A DNA stretch of 63,194 nucleotides, the filler included, from Hyphochytrium catenoides (taxonomy: Eukaryota > Protista > Hyphochytriomycota): the NCBI GenBank assembly GCA_900088475.1. It is 9 parts of 9 records of this genome, joined end to end, with 100 filler letters (N's around TTAATTAATTAA, not from the genome) between each part and the next. Parts side by side here need not be neighbours in the genome. Positions count along the whole stretch, not along the records: positions 39,351 to 42,921 come from FLMG01000122.1; positions 43,022 to 53,758 come from FLMG01002287.1; 7 more parts are not named here. One strand, given 5' to 3'. The stretch's first letter is position 1, and each line of letters starts with the position of its first letter. Below the pieces are notes generated by a model. That model worked only from the letters and a program-made list of their open reading frames with translations. It did not search any database and was not told where the DNA came from. The translations under genes were made by a program, and so were the position numbers. This document shows, piece after piece, positions 42,261-52,893 of the stretch.

Positions 42261-42921
42261 GAGCATGAGAATATGTGATCGCAGGCGACAGACAGTGAGA
42301 GACAGTTGAAAAGCATCGGCAGAAGAAGAGCAAGGAGAAGTTAAACACAGCGAAAGAGGGAGAGAGACAGCGGAAGACAGAGAGAGAGAATAAGGTTAAA
42401 GATATCGCCTTTTCTTGTCAGGATATGACGAGAACAAGGTGCCACGAGAATAAAAATTGCATAGTGGCAGAGAGAGAGCAGAAGACAAAATGCTGGCGGG
42501 AGAGTCCAAGAGAACAGAGATGCGGAAACAGGAGAGAGAAAAGAGAGGGATTCGCGCAACTTCGAAAGAACCAGCAGGAGAGAGAGAAAGAGGCAAGGCA
42601 CATTGAGAGGATGAGGAAAGGATAGGGGCTAAAGGATCGGAGCAAAGCAAGAGAAAGAAAGACTTGGTATAGTATCGAAGAAAAAGGAGAAGAGAGAAGC
42701 TGATATCCAGGGAACGTAAACCGCGCGACAGAAAGAGGCAAATTGCCAGAGATCGAGACAGAGATCGAGAGATCGAGAGATCGAGAGAGAGAGAGAGAGA
42801 GATCGAGAGAGGGAGAGCGAGAGAGCGAGAGAGAGAGAGGAAGACACGGCAGTACTCACCATGACAGTCCCATCCGAACCTTCTCTCTACATAATGTCCG
42901 GTCTGATGGGCGTACCGCGTA
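39587..42921 (-). CDS. IARS1: Cytosolic isoleucyl-tRNA synthetase, internal fragment
   Basis: Spliced exons encode [96 protein letters not shown] and [13 protein letters not shown]. Both ends run off the contig. Confidence 0.96.
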
Positions 42922-43441
42922 NNNNNNNNNNNNNNNNNNNNNNNNNNNNNNNNNNNNNNNNNNNNTTAATTAATTAANNNNNNNNNNNNNNNNNNNNNNN
43001 NNNNNNNNNNNNNNNNNNNNNCTCTCTCTCTCTCTCTCTCTTTCCTCTCTTCCTCTGTCTCGCCTCTTCTCTCCCTTATTATTAGTAATAACCCTCTTTC
43101 TCAGTGCAATCTTTTTCCCTCTCCTTCTCTCTGTTTCTCTATTTCCTACATGTCTCTGTCTCCCCTTGTCGCACTTAAAAAAATGTTCGACCCCAGAAAA
43201 GCAAAACTTTCTTGAAAATATCCTCTTGTTCGTGGCAGGGACATAATGAGAAAATCCCTAAAACCCAAGAAAATAGATACTATTTCCCAAATTAGCACTG
43301 TGGCTTGACCGAAATCTATTCTTGGTGCCCTCTACTGACGATTTTGAAGTGTGTAACTCCCGGAACAAGTGCAACCGTAACGGACCACAAAAGCTGGGGC
43401 AATAAAATCTTAGGAATATGGACTTTCTCACTTCTCTTCGC

Positions 43442-43482
<41 letters not shown>

Positions 43483-44086
43483 CTCTCTCTCGCTCTCTGT
43501 CTCCCTCTCTTTCTCTCTCTCTTTTGCTGTCCGTGTCTTTTCCTCCTCTTTCTCCTGGTGTCTTCATCATATAGCTCAGACGCTCTTCCTATAGAGATCG
43601 TGCAAGGACTTTCTTCTTCCTCTTCTCGCTCTCACTCTCTCTCTCTCTCTCTCGCGCGCGCTCTCTCTCTCTCTCTCTCTNNNNNNNNNNNNNNNNNNNN
43701 NNNNNNNNNNNNNNNNNNNNNCCGTCACGCTTGCCTCCCACCTGACCCATGAATGTGCTCTTCCACAATCCGTAGCCGTCTGTCTCGCAAGGAAGAAAAA
43801 AAATGTCTCTTCCTCAGTGACATGAGCAATCATGTCTCCTCTCTTCCCGTCTCTCTCCCTTCCTCTTGCCGTTGTTCTCTCTCGCCCTCCCCCTCTCTCT
43901 CTCCCGCTGTCTCTCTCTCTCTGTCCTCGCTTCTCACCTCCTATGATGTGCCCATCACGCTCGGTGATCCTCTCCTCCCGCCGAGCGTCTCCCAGCTCTT
44001 GCTGTCTCCTCATGAGCTGATTGCTGTCTTCTCTCTTTTGTCTCTCTCTCTCTCTCCCTCTCTCTCCTTTCCCTCTCTCTCTCTCT

Positions 44087-44118
<32 letters not shown>

Positions 44119-44438
44119 ATCCTCCTTTGTCATCTCTTGACTGCTTTCCTACTTTCGCTCTTCTCTCTTTATGCTGTCTTTCATCATTTCTCTCTCTCTT
44201 TCTCTTCTCACCCCTTCTCTCACAGACGACTAGCCCTTGCAAACGCTGATGGGGCTAAGCAGACGACGAATAACGTGGCTTTACCCTTCTACTCTTTGAC
44301 AATCCGTCGCTGTATCTTCCTCTTTCTTCCTTTCTCTCTCTCTCTCCTTTCCATAAAGGTTGCGCATTCTTGACCGAGGAGGTCTTCTTCCAACGAGGAG
44401 AGGAGAGGAGACAGAGAGAGAGAATGAGAGAGAGAGAA

Positions 44439-44500
<62 letters not shown>

Positions 44501-44881
44501 GAGAGTGAGAGGGAAGCGAAAAACATTAACGTGTCTATGCGTTATTCGGGGAAAAGGAAGGTGCGGAGGAGGACAAGCGGACTCCGTCAGAGAAAGAAAA
44601 CGAGAGAGGGACTACTCTTCTTCCAAATAAAGAGAAAAAGGAAGAGAGCTCGCTCGCCTCTGTATCAGAGCGCAAATTGTTGAAAGAGAGAGAGAGAGAG
44701 AGAGAGAGCGCCAGAGAGAGGTAGAGGAGACATCGCGCTCCGTCATTGAGCGCGACAACATTGCATTTTGTCCTTTGCCGAGACCGCGCCACTCTTTTGT
44801 TGGAAGGATCACAAAAAGAGGCTCTAAGAGAGAAAGCAAGAGAGCGGCAGGGAGCAAGGTCGCGAGGAGAGAGAGGGAAAG

Positions 44882-44919
<38 letters not shown>

Positions 44920-45139
44920 NNNNNNNNNNNNNNNNNNNNNNNNNNGACAGAGAGAGAGAGAGCGAGAGAGAGAGAGAGAGAGAGAGAACAGAGAGAAGGA
45001 ACAGAAGGAAGACTAGTATGTTTATGGCGCATTTGGACCGGTCTTTCTAACAAGAAGTGAAAAGAAACTTTGACCAGACAGAGAGAGAAAGAGAGAGAGA
45101 GAAGAGAGAAAAAAGAGGAGGTGATTGACCAGTGGAGAG

Positions 45140-45651
45140 ATGACATTTCTCTCAGCGCCTAGAATAGCGCCTCTGGTTGTTCATCTTCCCGCGGAGAGAG
45201 ACACTGCTTCTCTCCCTCCTCCTTCCTTTTCGGAAGTGAGTTCTTCACGTTCCTCTCCGTCTCCCACGTCCAAGAGTTTCCTAGGGAACTTCGGGCAGAG
45301 CGTAAGGGGAAGGTAAAGCAGAACTTTCTCCGTCTCTCTCTCTCTTGTTTCTCTCTCTTCCATTCTTCCTCTCACTTGCGTCTCTCGGCTATCGTCTTTG
45401 TCCCCAAACAATTCCTCTAGCCCTTTCTCTCACATTATCATCCTCTTCGTCTGGGTTCTCTCTCTCTCTCTCCCCCTTTCTCTCTTTCTCCCTCATCTCT
45501 TTCTCCGTCTCTCTGTTGTTTCTCTCTCTTCCATTCTTCCTCTCACTTGCGTCTCTCCGCTATCGTCTTTGTCCCCAACCATTCCTCTAGCTCTTTCTCT
45601 CACATTATCATCCTCTTCGTCTGGTTCTCTCTCTCTCTCTCTCTCTCTCTC

Positions 45652-45686
<35 letters not shown>

Positions 45687-46821
45687 ACCAGGAGTAACTC
45701 TCTGAGCTCTCCTGAGAAAACAGGATCACAGAGCCCAAGCAAACGCCAGAGCTCCAGCAATGCCCCGGGTGCCGATGATGCTGGAAAAGTGAGAAGGTAA
45801 ATTTCACTCTTTCTTTCTTTCTCTCTCTCTCTCCTCTCATACTCTCTCTCCTTTTCCAGGTCCTCCGCCATCTCTCCCTCTTCTTCTCTCCCCTCTCCAC
45901 ATGAAGAGAGAGAGAGAGAGAGTGGAGCTCAGAGTTTCATAAGAAGAGTCAGTGGCTTTCTTGGCGCCACGCCAAAACAACCTCGTCCGGTGGNNNNNNN
46001 NNNNNNNNNNNNNNNNNNNNNNNNNNNNNNNNNNNNNNNNNNNNNNNNNNNNNNGCTGCAGAGAGCTGACCAACGCGATTCTCGATATGAAGCTCCGTCT
46101 CTGCAGTCAGAAGCTAGGGAGAGAGTTTGATGGGCAGATCCTAAGAGAGACGCCACGTTTCTCTCTCTTCTCTCTTCCCATGGAGAATGGAGTCTTTCTT
46201 GGTGCAGGCGCGGCAGGGTTTAAAGAATGGCTTGCGAAGGAAGCGTCCAAGAAGCGGTTCTTTAGAGGTGCAGAGCCTGTTTGTGTNNNNNNNNNNNNNN
46301 NNNNNNNNNNNNNNNNNNNNNNNNNNNNNNNNNNNNNNACATCTAGACTTCACACGGATGTTCTCCTCTCTCTCTATTTCTCTCTCTCCTCTTCCTGTTT
46401 CGCCTCCTTGTCTCTTATCTCGCTCACTTTCTTCCTCTTTAACTCTTTCCCCTCTTTGTCCGTCTGCTTCTCTCTTTTTTCTTTCCCCTCTCGCTGTAAA
46501 CTTCATTTTTCTCTCGCATCTTTCTCTTTTCTTTCTTTCCTCTCGCCACTTTGTCTCTTAACTCCTTCCCCTATCTCGTTTGCTCCTTTGCCTTTTTGTT
46601 TCGACTCTCCCCCTCTCCTTTCTTCCTCTCTCTCTCTCNNNNNNNNNNNNNNNNNNNNNNNNNNNNNNNNNNNNNNNNNNNNNNNNNNNNNNNNNNNNNN
46701 NNNNGCTCTCTCTCTCTCTCGCTCTCTCTGTCTCACTCTCACACTCTCGCATTCTTACAACTTGATTTCTCTCTCTCTCTCTTCCTCTGTCTCTCCCTCT
46801 TTCTCTCGCATTCTTACACAC

Positions 46822-46858
<37 letters not shown>

Positions 46859-49153
46859 TGTCAGGGAACGACCTGACAGACCTCCGCTTTGCCCTTCTTG
46901 GGTTGGACGTCAGTGAGCATCCTCCCTCGCCTTCTTCTCTGGTCCACACGCCACCTCAGGACCAGCCAGAACAGAGAGAAGAACAAAGAGAAGAGAGAGA
47001 AGAGATTCCTCTCGCGTTAGAAGAGATACAGAGAGAGCTTGAGGCGTTAGGAGCGCGCTGTTTCCAGCCCACAGCCTGTCTCTCTGCTGGGGATAGAGAG
47101 AGGTTCGAGAGATGGAAGAGAGAAGTGACTGCGTCTCTTCCTCGAGAGCAGGCTCTGGCGGCGAAGTGTCCACAAGCTAAACTGGCGGTAGAGACGTTGG
47201 AGGCGCCTCCCAGCGAGAAAGAGCTGCAGCAGGTGTGTCTCTCTTTCCTGTCTCTCCCTCTCCTCTACATCTCTCTCCCTCTCTCTCTCTCTCCCTCTTT
47301 TTCTCTTGGTCCTTTCAACGCCCTCTTCCGTTTAATCCTAACAACAATGATCTTGTGTGGAGGCGGTCCGCTTGATCTCTCCCCTTCTCTCTTTGTCTCT
47401 CCTGACAATCTCGATCTGTCTCTCTCGCCCTCTCTCTTTCTTTGTGTGTGTCTCTCTCTCAATCTCTCTGTCTCTCTTACTCTCCTCTCTCTTTGCCTCC
47501 TCTTTACCTCTTTCGCTTTCTGTTCTTCCCTCTCATACCTTCCACCTTACCCCTCTGTCTCTCACTGTCTGTCTCTCTCTCTCTCTCTCTTCCTCTCTCT
47601 CTCCCCTCTCTCTCTCTCTCTCTCTCTCTCCCTCTCTCCTTCCTCAGCTGGGCGTAAGAGACGGCTTCCGTGCCCATCTTCCCAAGGCTCCCAAGGGAAA
47701 ATTTCTCTTCGACGCCGTCTCCGTGCCTCTCAAGCGCCTGGAGCCTCTCTCTCCTGACGTGAACGGCAATCCTCAGTGTTTTCTCCTTCAGTTTGACCTG
47801 AAAGACTCAGGTCTAACCTATAAACTGACAGACTCCGTGGCCTTTCTCCCTCATAATCCCTCGGACCTGGTCGAGAGATTGGCCGAGAGACTCGATCTCG
47901 ATGTAAATGACTGGATGATCTTCACACCGAGCAAGACAGAGCGGAGCGATGGCGGAGGAGAAGAAGAGGGAGAAGAAGAGAAAGTGTGCTATCGCGTGAC
48001 AGACAGACTGCCTTTCCCTGTTCCTTGCCGCTATCTGACGGCATTAGAGCAGTTCTTCGACCTTTCCGCGCCTCTGACGCCTGAGATCCTGCAGCAGCTT
48101 GCTTATTATGTCACGGGAGACATCGATCTGCAGAGTAAACTCCTGCAGCTGGCCCATCCTGCCAATAGAAAAGACTTTGACGCCGCCTTCTCCTCTCCAG
48201 ACAGAGTCTCTTCTCCTGAGGTGTCTCTCTCTCTCTCTTCTTCTTCTCTCGCTTCTTCTCTCTTCTGCGCTAGTTCTGGGGCTGGGAACAGCACGACCTC
48301 CATCGTGGACTTTCTCCTGCAGCATCCGGATCTGGACGTACCTCTGTCAGAGATCTTCAGTCTTTTACCTACCATCAAGCCACTCTTTCTCACCGTGGCG
48401 GCGGCACCACGGGAAGATTCTCCGCATCTCCTCACTGTCCTCGTAGGTGTAACAGAAGGGAGAGGCCCTACTCTGGCTCGCTATCTTCGCTCGATGGAGC
48501 CAGGGAAGACATGGACCCGTCTCTCTCTCCTTCCCTCACAGTTCAAGCTGCCACAGGCTAACGCTACGCCTGTCATTATGATAGCAGCTGGGGCAGGGAT
48601 TGCTCCGTTCCGTGCGTCTTTGCAGGAGAGAGAGAAGAGAAAACAGCACAACGGAGAGAGCTTTGGAGACTCTTTCCTCTTCTACGGCTCTCCTCTCTCT
48701 TCTGCGGAAGGAACTCCCTCTCTCTTCTCAGAAGAACTTGGTCACTTCAAGGCCGAAGGTCTGCTAAAGGAGATCTTTCGGGGAACCTTTCCTCCAGCAG
48801 TAGGGGAGAACCAATCTCTCTCTCTCTCTCCTTCTTGCACTACTCTCTCTCCCTCCATAGATCAGCCTGAAAAGAAGGGAGGAGAAGAACCGCAGCTGAG
48901 GCTAGAAGAAGGAGAGAGAACTTTCTCTCTCTCTCGTGTCCTCAGTGCACAGAAGAAACTGCTCTGTGACCACATCTTAAGAGAGAATGGCTCTATCTTT
49001 ATCTGTGGCAGCCGCTGCCTGATCGCGATGGTGAAGAGAGAGTTGAAGCTCTGCCTCGAGCAAGGAGAATCTCTCCCACCAGAGGCTGCGGAAGGCGTGC
49101 TGGCCGCATTGTACAAGGAACAGCGGCTCTTAGAAGAGGTGTCGGGGCTCTAG
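45140..49153 (+). CDS. NADPH-cytochrome P450 reductase-like (diflavin fold) protein with degenerate cofactor motifs
   Basis: Ser-rich N-terminal exons start at ATG 45140. Flavodoxin-like exons (LTDLRFALLGL..LEALGA..FERW), an FAD domain (FDLKDSGLTYKLTDSVAFLPHNP; PFPVP) and an NAD domain (PVIMIAAGAGIAPFRASLQER; IFICGS) follow. Several N gaps make the exon structure partly uncertain. Confidence 0.8.
45326..45650 (+). repeat. About 171-bp tandem duplication inside intron 1 of the reductase-like gene
   Basis: cattcttcctctcacttgcgtctctc..ctatcgtctttgtcccca..attcctctag..tttctctcacattatcatcctcttcgtctgg occurs at 45361 and 45532. Confidence 0.9.
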
Positions 49154-49353
49154 AGACCCGCTGAGAAGAGACAAAAGACAGAGCTGCAGAGAGAGAGAGA
49201 GAGGAGTCTCCTTTGTATATATAGAAGAAGCAAATATGCTGTGTGTGCCATGTGGTATGAGAGAGACAGGGACTAGAAGTTGAATAGAGAGACAGCAGAA
49301 GAGGAGATAAAGGAACCAGGCAAGCGATATAGATGGGATCGAATAATCGCAAA

Positions 49354-49384
<31 letters not shown>

Positions 49385-50196
49385 AAGACGGCCTATAAAA
49401 GAGAGAGAGGATGGCAGCAGCTACCGGCTGAGACAGAGGAATAATAAGTCTGTCATATCCTGACCACGTTACATATAGACAACAAAGCAGTCTTTACTCT
49501 AAAAAGAAGGCCAACAAGGAAGGGAAGAGCAGGTTTAAGGGAAAGGGTGGAGCAGGGGAAGAAAAAGAGCGTATAGGGAGAGAGAGAGAGAAACAAGAAA
49601 GAGAGAGTGAGAGAGGAGACGAGGGAGAGAGAAGAAATAGAACAGCAGGAAAGGGAGGAAGGAGAGAGAGAGAAACAAGAACGAGAGAGAGAAAAGAGAC
49701 GGAGGAGAGAGAGAGAGAGAAAAAGAAAGACAGGAAAGTAAAATATCGACAGATAGGCAGCAGATAGAAGAGAGGGATAGGGAGAGAGACATAAAGAGAG
49801 AGAAAAGACGAGAACGAGCGAGGAGGCACAGAACGGAGGAAGCTCCTCCCAGGGCTAAAGACTTGCTGTTGTTAGACGAAAGCCTCGGAATGGCTAAACA
49901 CGGATCGAGAAATGTTCTGGACTTCATCTTTGAGCTTCCGCCCCTTGGATGTCTCTCTTTCTTCATTTATTCTTTCCTCTCTGCTCTGGCCTGGAATCTC
50001 CTTGGGACAGTGTCTCTCTCTCTGTCTCTCTCTCTCTGTCTCTTTCCTCTCCCGTTCTTTCTACTGTCACCGATCAAAGTAGACAGAGTCATACAATGAG
50101 TTACTCTTTTTCAATGAAGACAAACTCTCTCCCCTTTTTTCCATTGGAAGAGAGAGAGACTGCCCGGTATCTTCGTCCTTCTCTCTTCTCTCCCTA

Positions 50197-52893
50197 TCAC
50201 CGCGCCCCTCTCAGACGGTAAGTGAGGACGCCGGCGATGAAGTGCAGCTCCTTGGGCTTGAGATAGAAGTCAAAAATGATGGGAAGAGAGAAGAAGATGA
50301 GAGACGCCTGACGGCTCAGCGCCAGAGGAACACTTCTCACAGAGATTCCACGCTTTACACGGAGGCCAAACGCATCACCATGAATCCAAGGAAGACCCTC
50401 CTCTCTTTTAGATGCGCTCATTCTATCTCTCTCTGTCTCTCTCTCTTCTCCCGTTTGGGCAGGCAGTAGCTCGAGGAGGACGGTGGATCTGACGTGTATG
50501 CGGTCAAAGTAGAGGAGATAGAGGAAGATGCTGTGGAGAAGGACGAGCNNNNNNNNNNNNNNNNNNNNNNNNNNNNNNNNNNNNNNNNNNNNNNNNNNNN
50601 NNNNNNNNNNNNNNNNGAGAGAGAGAGACGGGGAGAAGATAGGGGAGAGGGAGAAAGAAGAGAAATGAGGAAGAAGAGAGAGAGAGAGAGAGAGAGAGAG
50701 ACGGGGAGAAGATAGGGAAGAAGGAGAAAGAAGAGAGAGAGAGAGATGGGGAGAAGATAGGGGAGAGGGAGAAGGAAGAGAATTGAGAAAGAAGTGGAGA
50801 GAGAAAAAGAGAGAGAAGAGAGAGAGAGGGGAAGAGAGAGTAAAGAGAAGGAGAGAGAGGACGAAGACAACAAAGAAGATAGAGATATAATATAGATAGA
50901 GAGTAGAAGCATAGATAGATAGAGTCAAGGACAAAGAGAACCGAGCAGGGAAGAGTGAGAGAGGGACAAACGAAAGAGATATGTGAGAGGCAGGGACCGA
51001 CAAGCGTGAGAGAGAACTCGGCAGCAGGAAGCAATATAATGAAGCCAACGGTCCTAGGATATTGATAAAGAAGAAAGAGAGACACCAAAAGATGGAGAGA
51101 GATAGAGAAAGAATGAGCAAAAGAAAGACAAAGCGAGGAGACACCTTGATCCTAAGCAGGAGAGAGAGAGAGACAGACGGACCTGGAAAACGACTAAGAA
51201 GGCGACTACGCAGGCGCAGCGTGCATCGTACTCGAAGGCATCGAAGAGACAGAGAGACAAGATGCTGGACTGCAGCGTCAGGNNNNNNNNNNNNNNNNNN
51301 NNNNNNNNNNCCAGCCACACGTTCCTCTTGTGAGAGACCATTTGCAGCGGAGAAGAGACTCTTTCTCTCTTCTTCTTCTCCTTCCGCTGGTTGAGGGGCT
51401 GTAGACAGCAGGAACATAGCAGAGGTGGAGAGAGAGAAGCCAAGAAAGAGAAGACTGTTGGCACGCCGTCCTCCTCGAAGGCGAGAGAGAGGCTGTAGGA
51501 GAAAAGAGAAGGGAGGAAAGAGAAAGAACTGCAGCAGAACATCGCTCTCTGCTATGTTTTCTGAGCCATCAAAGACCATCACCTCCGTCTCTGTCGTTGC
51601 GTCACGCTCTTCCCACGTCTTCTTCCTCCTCTTTTGCCGCTCTATCTTCTTCTCTCGTCTTCCTGAGGATGGTATGTCTCTATCTTCTGATGACTGCTCT
51701 TCTCCTTCTCTTTCTGGGGAAGAGGCTGCTATGATCGTTGTCTGACGTTTCTGTTCTGCGAGGAGGAAGGAAGAAGAAGGCTGTCCTAACGCTAGTTCAG
51801 GCGATGAAGATGAGAGAGAGACCTCTTTTTCTTTACTAACGTTCCCAACTGCAGCAGACGAAAGAGAAGAAGACGACACCTTCTTCTCCCTCTTTTTCTT
51901 CTCTCTGCAAGTCAGAGGCCACTGGATGTTCACACAGGTCACGCGGCCCTGATAACGCTTGCTAAACAGTCGATGGACCTGCATCACGCCCACGGCAAAG
52001 TTGAAGGTCAAGATCGAGCTCGCCGCGTACGTCTGCAGATCCACCGTTGAGATCTCTTGAGAGCCAAACTTCCAGGTTAGATCATAGGCTTCGTCCACCA
52101 GACCTGCTCCTATCGCAACCAGCACGAAGCCGTAGGCAATGCTGCCAAAGAGATACGTGGCCCAGGCGCTCGAGCGGAGCGCAGGGTGCAAGGCATCGCT
52201 CAAAGAGCCAAACTTCACGGTGATCCAAGAAGGGATGACCGTCAAGCTTCGAAGATCTTGGAAGGAGATGGCCATCCCTATGTAAAGAACCGTCTCTGCA
52301 GCGAAGATGAACCAGAACTGGAAGGGCTTTACCGCGTGATAGAGTAGATCACGATTGAGAAAGAGCGTCTGATGGAGCTGCGACGGCAACATTAGCGCGA
52401 GAGGGAGATAAGACAGCTGTATGCCCGTGGCTTTAGAGGCATAGCCCACGATGAAGGCAAAGACGCAGATGCCGATGAGAAACGTGAAGAAGATGAGCCA
52501 GAAGAGGAGCTTGTGCTTCCAGACAAAGCGGCAATAAGCCATCCACGCCTGCCAACTGGCTACTTTGGCCAAGACACTATCGCGGTTAAACACTATTTTG
52601 GGCGGAGGCATGGCGGGAACAACCTCAAAGAAGACTTCGTCTTCTTCTTCAGTGTCTGAGGGAAGGGACGAGGAGAGACATTGCTGGCGGCGCGGCGCCT
52701 GCGTCGCTGGGACTGAGGGAGAAAAGAGAGAAGAAGAAGAGCAACATTCTCTCTCTTCTCCTCCACCCACTTCCTTCTTCTTCTTCTTCTGTAGATCTAC
52801 GAGTAGGGAATGAGAAGAAGAAGAGAAAGGACTTATTTCTGTTTTTTCTCTTGGCTCCTCCTGCTGGACGAGGGGCCGGACTTGCTGACTCAT
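50197..52893 (-). CDS. Uncharacterised multi-pass membrane protein
   Basis: ATG 52893. A long exon carries several hydrophobic helices (LLFWLIFFTFLIGICVF; FQFWFIF; FQDLR..W..SDA), then a charged loop, then a second hydrophobic half (LFDAF..) ending at 50197. The CT-rich stretch at about 50620-51170 is probably intron. Confidence 0.6.
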   Translation of the reverse strand: MSQQVRPLVQQEEPREKTEISPFSSSSHSLLVDLQKKKKKEVGGGEERECCSSSSLFSPSVPATQAPRRQQCLSSSLPSDTEEEDEVFFEVVPAMPPPKIVFNRDSVLAKVASWQAWMAYCRFVWKHKLLFWLIFFTFLIGICVFAFIVGYASKATGIQLSYLPLALMLPSQLHQTLFLNRDLLYHAVKPFQFWFIFAAETVLYIGMAISFQDLRSLTVIPSWITVKFGSLSDALHPALRSSAWATYLFGSIAYGFVLVAIGAGLVDEAYDLTWKFGSQEISTVDLQTYAASSILTFNFAVGVMQVHRLFSKRYQGRVTCVNIQWPLTCREKKKREKKVSSSSLSSAAVGNVSKEKEVSLSSSSPELALGQPSSSFLLAEQKRQTTIIAASSPEREGEEQSSEDRDIPSSGRREKKIERQKRRKKTWEERDATTETEVMVFDGSENIAESDVLLQFFLFPPFSFLLQPLSRLRGGRRANSLLFLGFSLSTSAMFLLSTAPQPAEGEEEERKSLFSAANGLSQEERVAXXXXXXXXXXPDAAVQHLVSLSLRCLRVRCTLRLRSRLLSRFPGPSVSLSLLLRIKVSPRFVFLLLILSLSLSIFWCLSFFFINILGPLASLYCFLLPSSLSRLSVPASHISLSFVPLSLFPARFSLSLTLSIYASTLYLYYISIFFVVFVLSLLLFTLSSPLSLFSLFFSLHFFLNSLPSPSPLSSPHLSLSLLSPSSLSSPRLSLSLSLSLLPHFSSFSLSPIFSPSLSLXXXXXXXXXXXXXXXXXXXXXXXLVLLHSIFLYLLYFDRIHVRSTVLLELLPAQTGEERETERDRMSASKREEGLPWIHGDAFGLRVKRGISVRSVPLALSRQASLIFFSLPIIFDFYLKPKELHFIAGVLTYRLRGAR

